Part shown: one piece after another, positions 38,641-53,770 of the stretch
How the letters are laid out: the number at the start of each line of letters is the position of its first letter
How positions within the stretch are numbered: the stretch's first letter is position 1
From: Camelus dromedarius
Taxonomy: Eukaryota
Reading direction: 5' to 3'
Length of the DNA: 64,000 bases
NCBI RefSeq assembly: GCF_036321535.1
Contig: NC_087462.1
Coordinates: forward strand, 5,084,001 to 5,148,000
Position numbers and translations under genes: made by a program
Notes under the pieces: generated by a model
Told to the model about the DNA's origin: nothing
What the model saw: the letters and a program-made list of their open reading frames with translations, nothing else
Database searches by the model: none

Positions 38641-40587
38641 GGCTCCTGATGGCCGCATGCCCCCTGCCCCCCCAACCCAGTGTCCTTTCTCATTTCCTCT
38701 CATTCATTTTTCTCCCTCCACCCTCCCCACCGCAGCCTCTTGCTCTCACTCTGCCCTTCCGACCTGCCATTGGCCCGTCACCACTGTGTTTTCAGGGGTT
38801 TTGTATACCTGCCCCCACCTTAGACACCCTACACCGGGCCCCCTCATATCACTTCAGTTCCTGGGGCGAGCTGGAAGCCTCTACCCCCCACACCTTTTGC
38901 CCTGGGCTCTGGGGCAGCCCTCAGAGGGCCCGGAGGACTGTTGGGTGCGGTGGGGGGGTCCTCACCCCAGAGAGCTGACGGTGCAGGGCAGAAAAGGGAC
39001 CCAGATCCCTGAGAGTGTCTCCAGGGTCCTAGCTGGGAGAGCACGAGGGCCAGCAAGAGCCTAGAGATCGTCCAGCCAGATAGGGAGGGACTAGGTTCTG
39101 ATTCTGGCCCTGGTTGAGCAGAAAAGCAGGAATATTAATGAAGCAGCGCTGGAACAGCAGGGAGGGCACAGAAGGAAAGGCCTCCAGGCCAGCAGAGGGC
39201 ATTGGGCACGGCCACGTCCCTGGAGTCCCCATGCTCTTCTGTCGCTCCTGCCAGACCCTCCGAGGATTGCAGACCAGCCTCATAGACCTGCCCCTCGCTC
39301 TGGCTGTGGTCAAGGTCCTGGGCCAACAGGGCAAGGGAAGTGCCCAGTTGCCAGTGGCTGAACCTTGTCTTTCTCTACCCCTTGGTCACTGGGCCCGCAT
39401 CACTGGGTGCGCAGACAACTGTGGGAGGGAAAGGTGGGCCATGCAGGAGGTGGGGAGAGAGGAGGGGGCGTCAGCTGAGAGCTGTGGGGAATGGTAGCCC
39501 CAGGCCTCCTAGCCTGCTCTCCGCAGGGGGATGAGCCTAGGGGTTGCTTGTAGCCAGCGGCCTCCCCGGCCAGGGGCTCCCTTCTGGAGGCTGTATGTTA
39601 GGGGCTCCGGGGCTGGAGAGTTCACCGGAGAGTCACCTGTCTCTTCTAGGCCATGCTGACTTCTGTTCCCCACCCTGTGGCTGGCCTGGCCAGGGAGGCT
39701 CCTAGTCCCCCAGGGAACCTGCTCTCCTATCCCAGGCTCCTCTCTGGCCTGTCTCTGCAGTGCCTCCCCTGGGCAGCTGGGCCCCAAGTCTCAGCTCCCA
39801 CTGTCTGTTTTCTGCCCTCCCGTCCCCTAATGCCGCCTGCCCATCCTGGGGTGCCCGCTGCCTGCCCGCCTGCCTGCCCGCCTGCCTGTAGCATGTCCAA
39901 GCTGTACGCATGCAGGCCGCTGGAAAGAACCAAACTCCCCGCCTGGCCCAGTGCCCACCCCCACCCCCCTGAGTGCCGCTGGCCCCTGGAGGGGCTGCGC
40001 CACCTGGGTCCCCTCACCTGAAGGACACAGGCCCAGCCTGGGGTCCTGGCCCCCACGCCGGCCCTGGCTCTGCAGGCCTGGTCAGGAGGCTCCCTGCTGC
40101 TGGCCAGAGTGGCCCTCCCTGACCCTGAAACAATGCTGGGCGAGGCAGCTGGAAGCCTGGGTCCCTCGCCCACCCTCTCCCCAGGGTGGTCACCTCACTC
40201 ATGTTGTGCAGCCAAGTTCAGGGCTCAGGCTGATCCCAGCGGTGGTCCCGCCTTGCTTGGTCCAGAGTGTGGGTGTGGTCGCTCCGGGCCCAGGTGTGGA
40301 GGAAAGGGACCCAGCGGGGAGGCCGCCTGGCTGAGGGATGCCGCCAGCCTCTGGGCCCCGTTTCTCTGTCAGGGTAGACTTGGGGTGGACCCTTAGCCTA
40401 TGGGACCACCCCTCCCCCACCAGCCCACTGCACATGCTTCCAGGTCTTGGGGGCGGGAGAAGGTGCCCTAAGAGTGGGCTGGGGGCGGGGGCTGTGCAGG
40501 CCTACCTGAGGGATGCTGAGGAGGGGGAGAGGAGGGGCCCAGCTGGGAGCTAACCCCCTCCCCCCTCCTGGTTCTCACCCCCCCCAG

Positions 40588-43142
40588 CCCTGCAGCTCCC
40601 ACTGGCCAACGATGGGGGCAGCCGCTCACCGTCCTCCGAGAACTCCCCGCAGCACCCCACGCCCCCCGCCCGGCCTCGCCACATGCTGGGGCTCCCATCA
40701 GCCTTGTTCACGCCCCGCAGCATGGAGAGGTGAGCTGCCGGAGCTGCCGGGGGAGGGTCGGGAGGTCAGTGCGGGGCCAGCCCCAGGGAGGAGCCGGTGA
40801 GATCCATGGGAACCCTTGTGTGTAGGGGGCTGGGGTTGCTTTGGGTTGGTCGGACCCCCTCCCATGGCACCCACTCCCTGTTTCCTCAGCATCGAGATTG
40901 ACCAGAAGCTGCAGGAGATCATGAAGCAGACGGGCTACCTGACCATCGGGGGCCAGGTACCACCCTTCCCTCGGCCCCCCAGGGGTGGGCCAGATGCTGC
41001 TGGGAGGTCCAGCGTAGGGGTGGGGAGCAGAGGTCCGCTGGACCCCCCAGCCCTGGCTCTCCTCACCAGCGCTACCAGGCGGAAATCAATGACCTGGAGA
41101 ACCTGGGGGAGATGGGCAGTGGCACCTGCGGCCAGGTGTGGAAGATGCGTTTCCGGAAGACAGGGCACGTCATTGCCGTCAAGGTGAGCCTGTCCCCAGC
41201 CTGGTCCCCGCCCCTGTGGGCCCTGTGCCCCAGGCCTGGCACTGAGGCGCCTGCTGTCCTGTGCAGCAAATGCGGCGCTCGGGGAACAAGGAAGAGAACA
41301 AGCGGATCCTCATGGACTTGGATGTGGTGCTCAAGAGCCATGACTGCCCCTACATCGTGCAGTGCTTCGGGACCTTCATCACCAACGTGAGCCCTGGGGA
41401 CCCCTCCCCAAGCCTTGCAGACTGGTCTCTCAGCCAGCCCTGTGCCCCTGCCGCTTCCTGGGACTGGAGCCTCCCTGGGGTGGGCAGGGGGGTGGGTACA
41501 GCCACGCACCCCTGCTCAAGCTGCTGCCCGCTGCCCCTGCAGACGGACGTCTTCATCGCCATGGAGCTCATGGGCACGTGCGCTGAGAAGCTCAAGAAGC
41601 GGATGCAGGGCCCCATCCCCGAGCGGATCCTGGGCAAGATGACGGTAGCGGTGAGTGGCCGGGTGGGGTGTGGCCAGGCGGGCGGCCCCCAGGCCGCATG
41701 CCTGCACCCCTGTCACCAGCGTCCCCACACGTTCCCGCCACAGATCGTGAAGGCGCTCTACTACCTGAAGGAGAAGCACGGCGTGATCCACCGCGACGTC
41801 AAGCCCTCCAACATCCTGCTGGACGAGCGGGGCCAGATCAAGCTCTGCGACTTTGGCATCAGCGGCCGCCTGGTCGACTCCAAGGCCAAGACGCGGAGTG
41901 CGGGCTGCGCCGCCTACATGGCAGTAAGTGGGGCTCAGCAGCGCCCGGCAGTGGGGGTGTGAGGGCTCTGGGCGCTGCTCCCACCCGAGCCACAGGGGTA
42001 CATCCACCCTTTCCCACCTCCCACCGGCAGCCTGAGCGCATCGACCCTCCTGACCCCACCAAACCCGACTATGACATCCGGGCTGACGTATGGAGCTTGG
42101 GCATCTCCTTGGTGAGTTGGGGGCGCTGCTTTTGGAGGCCAGGGATGGGGTCTTCTTGGGGTGTGGAAGCAGGCACCAGGGGAGGGCAGGACCCCGTCCT
42201 CGGCCAGCCCAGCCCTGCCTGTCTCTCTCCCAGGTGGAGCTGGCGACAGGACAGTTTCCCTACAAGAACTGCAAGACGGACTTTGAGGTCCTCACCAAAG
42301 TCCTACAGGAAGAACCCCCACTCCTGCCCGGTCACATGGGCTTCTCGGGGGACTTTCAGTCCTTCGTCAAAGACTGGTGAGGAGCCCCGGCCCTCCACTC
42401 TGGGAGGCGACGCAAGGTCAGGCTGGAGGGGGTGGAGAGGGGCCTGCAGACAGGAGCCAGGCCTGGACCTGGGAGCCGAGATTTGGGTTTGGACCCAGCC
42501 CGAGGGTACATCTGGCCCTGTGGGTATTTGGAACAAGCCAGGGTGCCCCAGGACTGAGGGCTCTGGGTGTCCTGCACCAGGGAGCAGGATCGAGTGAGCA
42601 GGATGTCTCCCTTGGAGTTTCCCGGGGGGAGCCCACCCACCTTCCCACAGGCATCACAGTGCCCCTGGGGTTGGGGGGCCCTAAGTGCAGACCCCTGGGG
42701 CCTCCCTGCCTTCCCGGCTGTCAGCACAGGGATAAGCAGCCACTTCTTCCCCCAGACCCCTGACTCAGTGGGAGGGCCACCAGGCCCTGCTCCCGGCTCT
42801 CACTTCTCTCTCTCCTCCTCTCTCCAGCCTTACTAAAGATCACAGGAAGAGACCAAAGTATAATAAGCTACTTGTGAGTACCCGGGGCTCTCCCAGGCCT
42901 GTCCTAAGCACCCCCCCAGCCCGCCCAGCTGGACACCCGGGACCCAAGCAAGGCCAACAGGGGAGACGCCCAGGTCCTAAGCTGCACCCCTCACTTGGAT
43001 CCTCCAGGAACACAGCTTCATCAAGCGCTATGAGACGCTGGAAGTGGACGTGGCGTCCTGGTTCAAGGATGTCATGGCGAAGACCGAATCCCCACGGACA
43101 AGCGGAGTCCTGAGCCAGCACCACCTACCCTTCTTCAGGTAG
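40588..43142 (+). CDS. MAP2K7: Dual-specificity MAP kinase kinase 7 (MKK7), visible exons 3-12
   Basis: Exons 40588-40729, 40890-40956, 41070-41183, 41267-41386, 41543-41650, 41744-41923, 42031-42111, 42234-42376, 42828-42873, 43008-43142 (TAG). Motifs [26 protein letters not shown], activation loop SKAKT, C-terminus SQHHLPFFR. Confidence 0.98.
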
Positions 43143-45197
43143 CCGAGCCGGCGGCGGGCACCCCGCCGGGGGCTGGGGCATGGCCACAGGCCCCCCTTCC
43201 CCACCCGGCCACCCAGCTGCCCGCCGGGGGAGCCCTGGGACCTAGACGGCCACCGAGGGCTGAGGACAGAAAGTAGGGGGCGCCCACCCACCCCCAACTC
43301 CCTGCCCCCAAGCCGTGGACAGATGGGCCCATCAGGCCCCAGCCCTTCCCGTCCTGGGGTCAGCCGGCCGTGCGCGTCCCAACCCCGACAGACACTGTGA
43401 ACGGAAGACAGCAGGCCGCGAGCAGACTCGCTATTTATTCAGTTGTAACCTCTGGGCTGGGGCGGCCCCCAGGGGCCGGGAGAGAACCCCCATCCCGCAC
43501 CCTCCCTCACCTGCAGCGCTGTCACCACTGCCGCCTCCCACACACACGCACGCCCTGGCTCCGTCTCCCTCTCTTCTGGCACCTCCCTCTCTACCTCTCC
43601 GGCTTTCCCAGTCTCCCTCCCGGCCTCTGCCTCTCTCCTAGCCCAGGCCCAGGCCCCGCCACCCCCGGCGGGACCCCTGGGTCCGCTTAGGTCTCCGGCA
43701 AGCGATGAGTCTGTCGGCTGGCGTCCTCACCCCGGGCAGGCGGGCTGGACGTTGACTGCAGCCGGCCTGGGGCTGGTCTCTTCCTCTCTCTTTTTGATCT
43801 CAGGGGGTCCTTTTTGGAGTTTCTTGTATTTTATTGTACTTGGTGGGGTGTTTGGGGGGCGGGGGGAGGAGGAGAGCTTGTTCTTATGGGGTTTGTCGGT
43901 ACCTTCAGAAACTTTTACCAAAGTCATGTTTAGCTGCTTGTGGTGGAAGCCCCCACCCACCCACTGGCTCTGGGGGGCTGGGCGGGGGACCAAGCCGTGG
44001 GGGCCTGGGCCACTGCCTGGGAGAGACTAGTCCCAAAGGTGGGCTTTGGGGGGCCCTCCCTCCGGGCTGGTGACTGGCCACAGCTTGCAGGGGTGAGTCA
44101 AGGACCTCAGGGGGTGTGGAGGGAGCCCACGGGGCCGTGGCCACACAGGGTGGCCTTCAGGGAAGGCAGGCGTGGGGAGTGGTGGCAGGTGGCAGGCGCT
44201 GGTGTGGCAGGGAGGAGGCAGTGGGAGCAGATGGTGGGAGCGGGGCCCATGAGGCCCAGGGAGGCAGGGATTGAGGGTGCGTGGAGTGGATGTGGGGGTC
44301 TGAGGATGTGTGACAGGGACAGAGGTGGGGCAGGCCAAGGGCTGGGCGTGTGGAGTCTATCACGCCCTTGTGGTGCCCCTGAGCGCCCCTCGACTCACCC
44401 AGAGCTGGCCAGTCCCGGGCCCACCCCCGGGGGCCCCCTGCAGCAGCCAGAGCAGGAGGGAGTGTGTTTCCTTTTTGTTGGTAATGCATGCAAATCAAGT
44501 GGACAACAAAACAAAATAACAAAAAGAAAAAAACCCCACAAAACCCAACCAACACCAAAGGTGAGGAGCCTCGCTGGAAGTGGCCGAGGTGACCTAGACC
44601 AGGTATCCCTGTCCCTCCCTCTCTCCGACTGACTCCTTACTACTAGGATAGTCACAAAACTCCGCATGTTGAAAAAGTACTCGGTCATCTTCTCTTTGCC
44701 TCCCCCTTCCTTGGGGTCGGGGGGTGGCCACCTCCTCTTTCTCCCATCCCCTTTGTAGGGGGACGGGGGCAGGGTGGGGGCCAACAGGCCTGGCCTCGCC
44801 TCCCCTGGCCAGGCTCCGCCTCGGGGGGCCTCTGTGAGTAGCCGGGAAGGCCTTGTGGCTAGCCCCAAGGGCCGCTGGGGCCTAAGGCCAGCTGCCGGGG
44901 TTTATTTTTATTTAACTTTATTTTCTGTTTTGTGAGTGTGTGTCCGCCCGCCCCCCCCCGCCCCATCCCTTCAGTGTTAGCGAGAGCCTCTCCTTCCCCC
45001 GCCTCTCCCATGCCTTCCTCCTCCGTCACCAGTCACCAGCCATCCCTCTCGACCAGGCAGAGGGCGGAGCAGGCAGGCAGGGGCCTGGGGTGGCCTGGCT
45101 TGGCCCACCGGCCCACGGCCCCTTCTCAGGCCGCCAGTATTGCCCCATCCCTTTTTAAAATGAAACACCCTTGTTTGTAAATCCTTAGACGCTCGAG

Positions 45198-45203
45198 AAT
45201 AAA
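45198..45203 (+). terminator. MAP2K7 polyadenylation signal AATAAA
   Basis: AATAAA about 2 kb after the stop, preceded by an AU-rich tract at 44900-44930 and followed by GT-rich sequence. Confidence 0.75.
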
Positions 45204-45479
45204 ACCCTTCCCTTTTCTTCCACCGAGTCTGTGGTGTGTTGTGAGCCGGGCAGGACTTGGCAGTGTAATGGGCGAAGGGGCCGTGAGCCCTGACTTTGGG
45301 GGTGGTGGGGCTGGTGGATCAGCACCATTCTGGTGGATGAGGCCTCTGCGTGGACGGGAGACTGAGGCAGGGTTAGGGGCTGGTAGGGTAGTGTTTGTAG
45401 TGACTGGCCCCATATCAAGTGGCCAGTGTGAGGGGCCTCACACACCCCCACCCCAGTAGCCACAGGCCAGGCGGGAGAG

Positions 45480-45681
45480 GAGCCCTTAATCCCTGGCAGG
45501 CCTTGGGCACCAGCTCTGATGTCGGCCCGTCAGTCCACCGCCCCCACTTCCTGCCTCCCCAAGTGGCCACCCAACCAAGGACAGGGCGGCCTGCCCACCT
45601 GCCCAGCCTGGGTGCTGCTGGACTGGTGCCTCTGCCGCCGGCCCCGCACACCCCGCAAGCCCTTGCCCCAGGCAGTCCAGC
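45480..45681 (+). promoter_or_regulatory. TGFBR3L proximal promoter with PITX, NR5A1 (SF-1) and EGR1-like motifs
   Basis: TAATCC 45487-45492; AGGCCTTGG 45498-45506; CGCCCCCAC 45539-45547; CCAAGGACA 45575-45583; all immediately upstream of the signal-peptide ATG at 45682. Confidence 0.55.
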
Positions 45682-48428
<2,747 letters not shown>

Positions 48429-48494
48429 GGCAGGTAAGTGATGGGGGAGAGAGAAGCGGGAGTGTAACGTGGGGCCAGTAGGACGGCTGGAGGA

Positions 48495-48670
48495 GGGAGG
48501 TGATGATAATGACTTCATGGCGCCTTCTCTCCGCCAGAGTTCTAAATGTTTTACGCACATTAATCCTCGTGAAAACCTTCAGGTAGATACTCTTATAATC
48601 CCCATAACAGAGATAAGAAAAAATTAACTTGCAAAAGATCACATTTGGTGGAGGTGGGTTTCGATCTTAG
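48495..48670 (-). mobile_element. MIR SINE in TGFBR3L last intron
   Basis: CACATTAATCCTC...AGGTAGATACTCTTATAATCCCCATAACAGAGATAAGAAA...AACTTGCAAAAGATCAC. Confidence 0.55.
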
Positions 48671-49040
48671 GTAGTGGGTGACGGGCGGCCAACTGTAGGC
48701 TCAGCGTCGCAAGAAGGGGCCTCAACACCTCAGACAGGCACTAGGCAAGGGGAATTCGGGTTTCAGACCTAGCACCCACACTCACCCCGGCACCCAGACT
48801 GAGGGGGCGGCCAGTGATCGGCTGGGAAGGGGTTGACCTGCGTAGTGTCCTCTTCCCCGTTCAGCCTGAGTCGCCCCTCCCCAGGGATGGAACGCCCCCA
48901 ACAGGGTCTGGAGACGCACTAGCCACGGCCTCGGACCAGGCCCGCCAGGACTGGACCGGCTGCCATTAACCTCGGACCCTATGGGACCACGATTCCTGCG
49001 CCCCGCGACCCCTCGCTCCCACCCTCTCACCTGGGCTCAA

Positions 49041-49046
49041 AATAAA
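49041..49046 (+). terminator. TGFBR3L polyadenylation signal AATAAA
   Basis: AATAAA in the terminal exon that begins about 48885. Confidence 0.7.
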
Positions 49047-49699
49047 CATCTGGTCTGACTTGCTGAGTTCTGAAGTCCTTTTCTGTTATGGCGCGGGGAT
49101 GGGGATTCCGGGCTTAAAGGAGTCCAGACTGGAGGGGTGGCGCTTTGGAGTGGGGCTCATACGCCCTTACATAGGTGCGCAGATCCGGGCCAGGGGAGAC
49201 CAAGGGCAGTTTGTCCCAAACAAAAAGGGACGCCCAAGCTCACCAGCTCAAGTTTCAAGTAAGTCTCATCTCCTTCCTCCACCCCTGCACCAGCCCAGCT
49301 GCCCTCTCAAAGCCAGGACTTCCCCGCTCGCCACTCCCACCGCTTGGACCCTACCCTCGCTAGGGCCTCGACCTCAGGCCTCTGCTCCAGTCTCCTCTCC
49401 GTCTAGCCTAAAGGTCCTTAAATCCCTTCTGACCGAGCTCCTTCCTCCCGGGGCATAGGCAACGGCGGGACCATTTTACAGTTGAAGAAATTGAGGCTCG
49501 GCACAGCAGATCACTTGCTCACAAGTCAGGGCTGGCCGACCCCACAGCTCAGGCTCTTAGCTACGACTGGATAGCTGCCTTCTGGCCAGGACCCATCCCT
49601 CTTCGAGAAGTCAAGCAAAAAACAGTTAAGAGTTTCAGAAGACTTGGTCCTGGAATGGAGGGAGGGCAAGAAACCTAAGGTCACGGCTCCAGTTCACAA

Positions 49700-50450
49700 A
49701 TGAGATAGAATGAGGACGCGGGAGGGTCTCGTCCGTCCCCGCCTGCGCTGGAGGCCAGTCTCCCCATAATCTCCCATCGAGGCATGTCCCTTTGACTCGC
49801 AAACGCAGAGCCACGCCCCCATCTGTTTCCGCCTCCGCGAGGGGCTTTTTGGCCTCAGCGGTCCCCGTAACCCCGCCCACCACGGAAACGGCCTAGGAGC
49901 TCCGACACCGCCCTCACCCGCCTCACCGGCATGAAGCCCCCGCAGCGGCGGCGAGCGGCCCCAGCTCGCTATCTGGGCGAGGTGACCGGCCCCACGGCCT
50001 GGGGCGCCCGCGAGAAACGGCAGCTGTTACGACTACTGCAGGCTCGACGGGGCCAGCCGGAGCCGGATGCCTCCGAGCTGGCCCGGGAGCTGCCGGGCCG
50101 GAGCGAGGCCGAGGTGAGAGGGGTCCAGGCAAGGGAGCGAGGCTGGAGGCGGGGCTAGGATGTATCCGGGGCTAGGGGAGGGGCGGGCCCTGGGTGAGGC
50201 GGGGGCGGGGTCTTGGGGTGGGCGGGCCGAGGACCCGTTGGGGGCGAGGCGAGGCTGAGGAACCGGATGAGCGCAGAGGAGGCGGGGCTAGTGCGAGGCT
50301 GGGTATCGTGTGCCTGCGAGAAGCTGAGGGCGGGGCGGGGGCGGGAAGTGGTGCGGCTGAGGGGCGGGGCGAACTGCGAGTAAGACCGAGCGGAGGCCCC
50401 AGACTGGGCGGAAGGCGCAGCGAGACTGGGCGGGGATAAGCTTGAAGCGA
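49700..50450 (+). promoter_or_regulatory. SNAPC2 CpG island (promoter, exon 1, intron 1)
   Basis: CpG-dense region around the ATG at 49931 with multiple GGGCGGGG boxes. Confidence 0.7.
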
Positions 50451-52082
50451 GAGTCAGGAAATGGGGCGGTGAATGGAGTAGTACTTAGCATGGGGGTGGG
50501 CCCTGGCCGCGGGGAGGAGCCAGAACTATCCTGGTCCTTAACCTCTGTCAGGTGGCTGGTAACACCAGGGGCCTTGGCCCGACAACCCCCTGGCAGAGTC
50601 ACTGTAACCCCTTAACGCCGGGTTAGCGGGAGGTTAGGGAGCAGTGGCCGGCCTGGAGCAGGCAGTGGACTGCCTAGCCCTGGGCTTCTAGAAGGTCCCA
50701 CTTGGCCTCCTCCTCTCACTTCCCCAGATTCAGGATTTTCTTCGGCAGCTCAAGGGCCGAGTGGCCCGGGAGGCCATTCAGAGGGTGCATCCAGGTGGCC
50801 CACAGGGTTCCAGGCGCCGAGAAACACAAACCCCTGCCCCCATCGAGGTGAGGCAGGGCAAGGCTCCCCAGGGCCGGCCCCTGGGGAATGAGGGAGTTGG
50901 AGGGGGATAGCATGGTCAGGGGAGCCCCAGAAGGAGTAGAGCTTGGGGAACTCCTGAGGGTTGATCCCTACCTTATGGTTGCCCCACCCAGGTGTGGATG
51001 GATCTGGCTGAGAAGATAACAGGCCCGCTGGAGGAAGCCTTGACTGTGGCTTTCTCACAGGTATAATCCCCCAGGCAGGATGGGGGTGTCCCTGGGGGAC
51101 AGGGTCAGATATATGAGTCTAAATAAGGGGGACCTGAGTCCTGGGTACATTCCTCTTGCCAGACTCCCCCTCTGTGATTCTGGACAGTCCTTAGACACCC
51201 TGAACCTCAGTGTCCAAAGTTCTGTGTCATCTCCTGTATGTGGTGCCTTCCTCCCGGTGTCAGGGAGGATTTGGTGGAGGTGGAAGGCTCAGTCTCCTGC
51301 AGGGCAGAGTGGGAAGATTTCTGCCTTTCCCTCCCTGACCTCCCTGCCTGCCAGGTGCTCACCATCGGCGCCACGGAGCCCCTCAGCCTCCTGCACTCCA
51401 AGCCCCCCAAGCCCACGCAGGCTCGTGGCAAGCACTTGCTCCTCAGCACCCCTGGAGGGCAGGAGGACCTGGGCCCTGAGGCCCCTGGAGGGCAGGAGGC
51501 TCCTGGCCCTGCCCCCAAGACCCAAGGCCCTGCCCCAGAGGCATCTTCTGAGTCCCCAGCTGGCCCGTGTGCTGAGGGAGACTTCTCTGTGGATTTTGAG
51601 AAGATCTACAAGTACCTATCATCCATCTCCCGCAGTTGCCCTGGCCCTGAGCTTTCCGCAGCTGGTGAGAAGGAGGGTGCTGGGACTCTGGGGTGGGAGA
51701 CCCTGGCGGAAAGCCCCACCCTCCCCTCACCCATCTGGATCCATTACCAGAGTCAGCTGTGGTCCTTGACCTGCTCATGGCACTTCCCAAGGAGCTGTCC
51801 CGACTGCCCTGCGCTGCCCTGGTTGAACATATGTCGGATACGTTCCTACGCCTGACGGCCCCCCAGCCCGACCCGTCCAGTGGGAGCCTGGGATCCATTG
51901 CTGAGGATGATGGGACAGGCTCCAGGGGGCAAGAGGCGGCTGGCCAGGCCACCTCTCAGGCCCCTGGGAATGCTGGGCCCAGCAAACCAATACCCATTTG
52001 GCAGTCAGCTGGGGTCTGCCCCTTGAACCCGTTCCTGGTGCCCCTGGAGCTTCTGGGCCAGGTGGCACCCCCTGCAAGATGA
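49931..52082 (+). CDS. SNAPC2: snRNA-activating protein complex subunit 2 (SNAP45), 337 aa
   Basis: Exons 49931-50113, 50728-50847, 50992-51060, 51355-51664, 51751-52082 (1014 nt, frame intact). [21 protein letters not shown]..., [13 protein letters not shown]-terminal [15 protein letters not shown]. Confidence 0.96.
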
Positions 52083-52389
52083 GGGGGCTGGTGGGCAGAG
52101 GACACAGCAGACATCTGTGAGCCCCCCAGCCCTCAGTCCTGCTTAGGCTGGCCTTGAGTTGCCACAAGGATCTGGTAAAAGTGGAAGGTCCCTGACAGTG
52201 TGCAGTACAGGTTGGTCATTAAAATGTTCACACAGCAGGGGCCTCAGAAATGGAAGCACAGTGGTATGGGGTTCAGCCATAGAAATGGCAAGGGAATGGT
52301 CAGCCAGGTGGCTGGGCTGAAACCACCATCAAATACTCCCCCGCCCCTCATCCCTTCTGATGTCCTGCATCCTGTGTTCTATAACTGCG

Positions 52390-52395
52390 AATAAA
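52390..52395 (+). terminator. SNAPC2 polyadenylation signal AATAAA
   Basis: AATAAA about 300 nt after the stop; an ATTAAA also lies near 52218. Confidence 0.7.
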
Positions 52396-53569
52396 GTTCT
52401 GCTCAAACCCCCATGCTCTCTTTTTCCTGTGGGTTAAAGGTGGGAGGGGACCCCAAATGCCAAAGAGAGAATCAGAGGTAGGAGAGCCATAGCTTGGGGT
52501 CCCAGGGACCAAGGGGAGGCATGCCAGGGAGGAGGGCGCAGTCATTACTAAAGGCTGCTGTTGCCAGGTCCAGTCCGATGCCATCTGGAGTGACCTCATT
52601 TTGGTCATGAGGGGACCCTTGGTGCTTGGAGGGTCTAGGCCTGAGCCTGACTGATGTCAGGAAAGGTTTTTAGATCCTGGGGCCTTTCAGCATAGAGAAA
52701 GAGGGGAGAAGCCAGCAGAGAGAGGGTAGCCAGGTGGGAGGAGCCAGGCCACCAGCCAAGGAGGGTTGGGGTGGGCTGCCCATGTGGCAGGAAGTTGGAG
52801 GGAGGGGAGCCAGGCCCTGAGGTGGCCTTGGGGAAGCAAGTGGGGGAGGGAGAGCTGGAGGGGCCTTAGGAGCAGAGAAGGGGAAGCAGAGCTGTGCTGA
52901 CGAGGGGGCTGGAGTCCTAGCTGCTGTCAAAGGCTCCAAATTCCCAGAGGTGCAGCTGGGTCTCCCTGCACAGGGTCATGAGGGACCCCACCAGTTGGTG
53001 AGGGCAGGTGGGGGAACCAGCTGTCCTCCCACAGCACAGCCTCCCCCAAAATCTAACCAGTCCTCTGCGAGTTGGTAGATTTTCTGTTCACAGCGCCTGT
53101 GTGTTCACACAGCCTTCCTTTTATAGAAACACTTGTTTCTCCCCACACACATTGCACACGGCTCCCTGGGGGTTCACAACGCAGCTCCCAGGCGGGCTGT
53201 GGAGCAGAGCCAGCCCACTCCATGACCCACAGCACCAGACCCGCAGTTTCCAAGTGCACATGTTCACGGAGGGGCGGAGGGACCAGATCAGAGAGGTCTG
53301 GGGCTACAGGTGAGGTCATGGGGCCAGGAGGCCATGCCAGTTCTTGGAGACAATCTGCAGGGCTGGCTAAGAGCACCCCATTCCTGATGCTTACCAGGCT
53401 TAAGTCCATTCCACAGCCCCCAGCGTCTCCCCAAGTCCAAAGGAAGAAGGGCAGCCTTGGCTGTCCCTGGCGCTAGGGGACTGAGATGACTACACATCAG
53501 CCCCCCCAGAGCATGCATCTGGGTGCTTCCCAGCCCATGGCAGCTGTTAAGAGTGTGCAGAAGTCAGCC

Positions 53570-53770
53570 CTGGGTTCAAATTCTAGCTTGGCCAGAATCC
53601 AACTATGAGCAAGTCACAACCTGCCTGGACCCAAATCCCCTGGACTGTAGAACAGGGATACAAACAGGGCTCACTGGGTCCTGAAGAAGAGGGAACAGGC
53701 CATGTGCAGGAGGAGCTAACTCAGCACGCTGCTTGGCATGCAGTAAGCGCTCAATAATAGCTTTTATTAT
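53570..53770 (+). mobile_element. MIR SINE
   Basis: TGGGTTCAAATTCTAGCT...TATGAGCAAGTCAC...CTGTAGAACAGGGATA...CAGTAAGCGCTCAATAATAG. Confidence 0.55.

Noticed and set aside
40957-41069. Retention of the MAP2K7 intron after TIGGQ, as in a reported human insertion isoform
   Set aside because: The intron is 113 nt here, so retention shifts the frame and destroys the kinase domain.
53763-53768. TTTATT as the CTXN1 poly(A) signal
   Set aside because: Position is plausible but it lies at the end of a MIR element and cannot be supported without 3'-end data.
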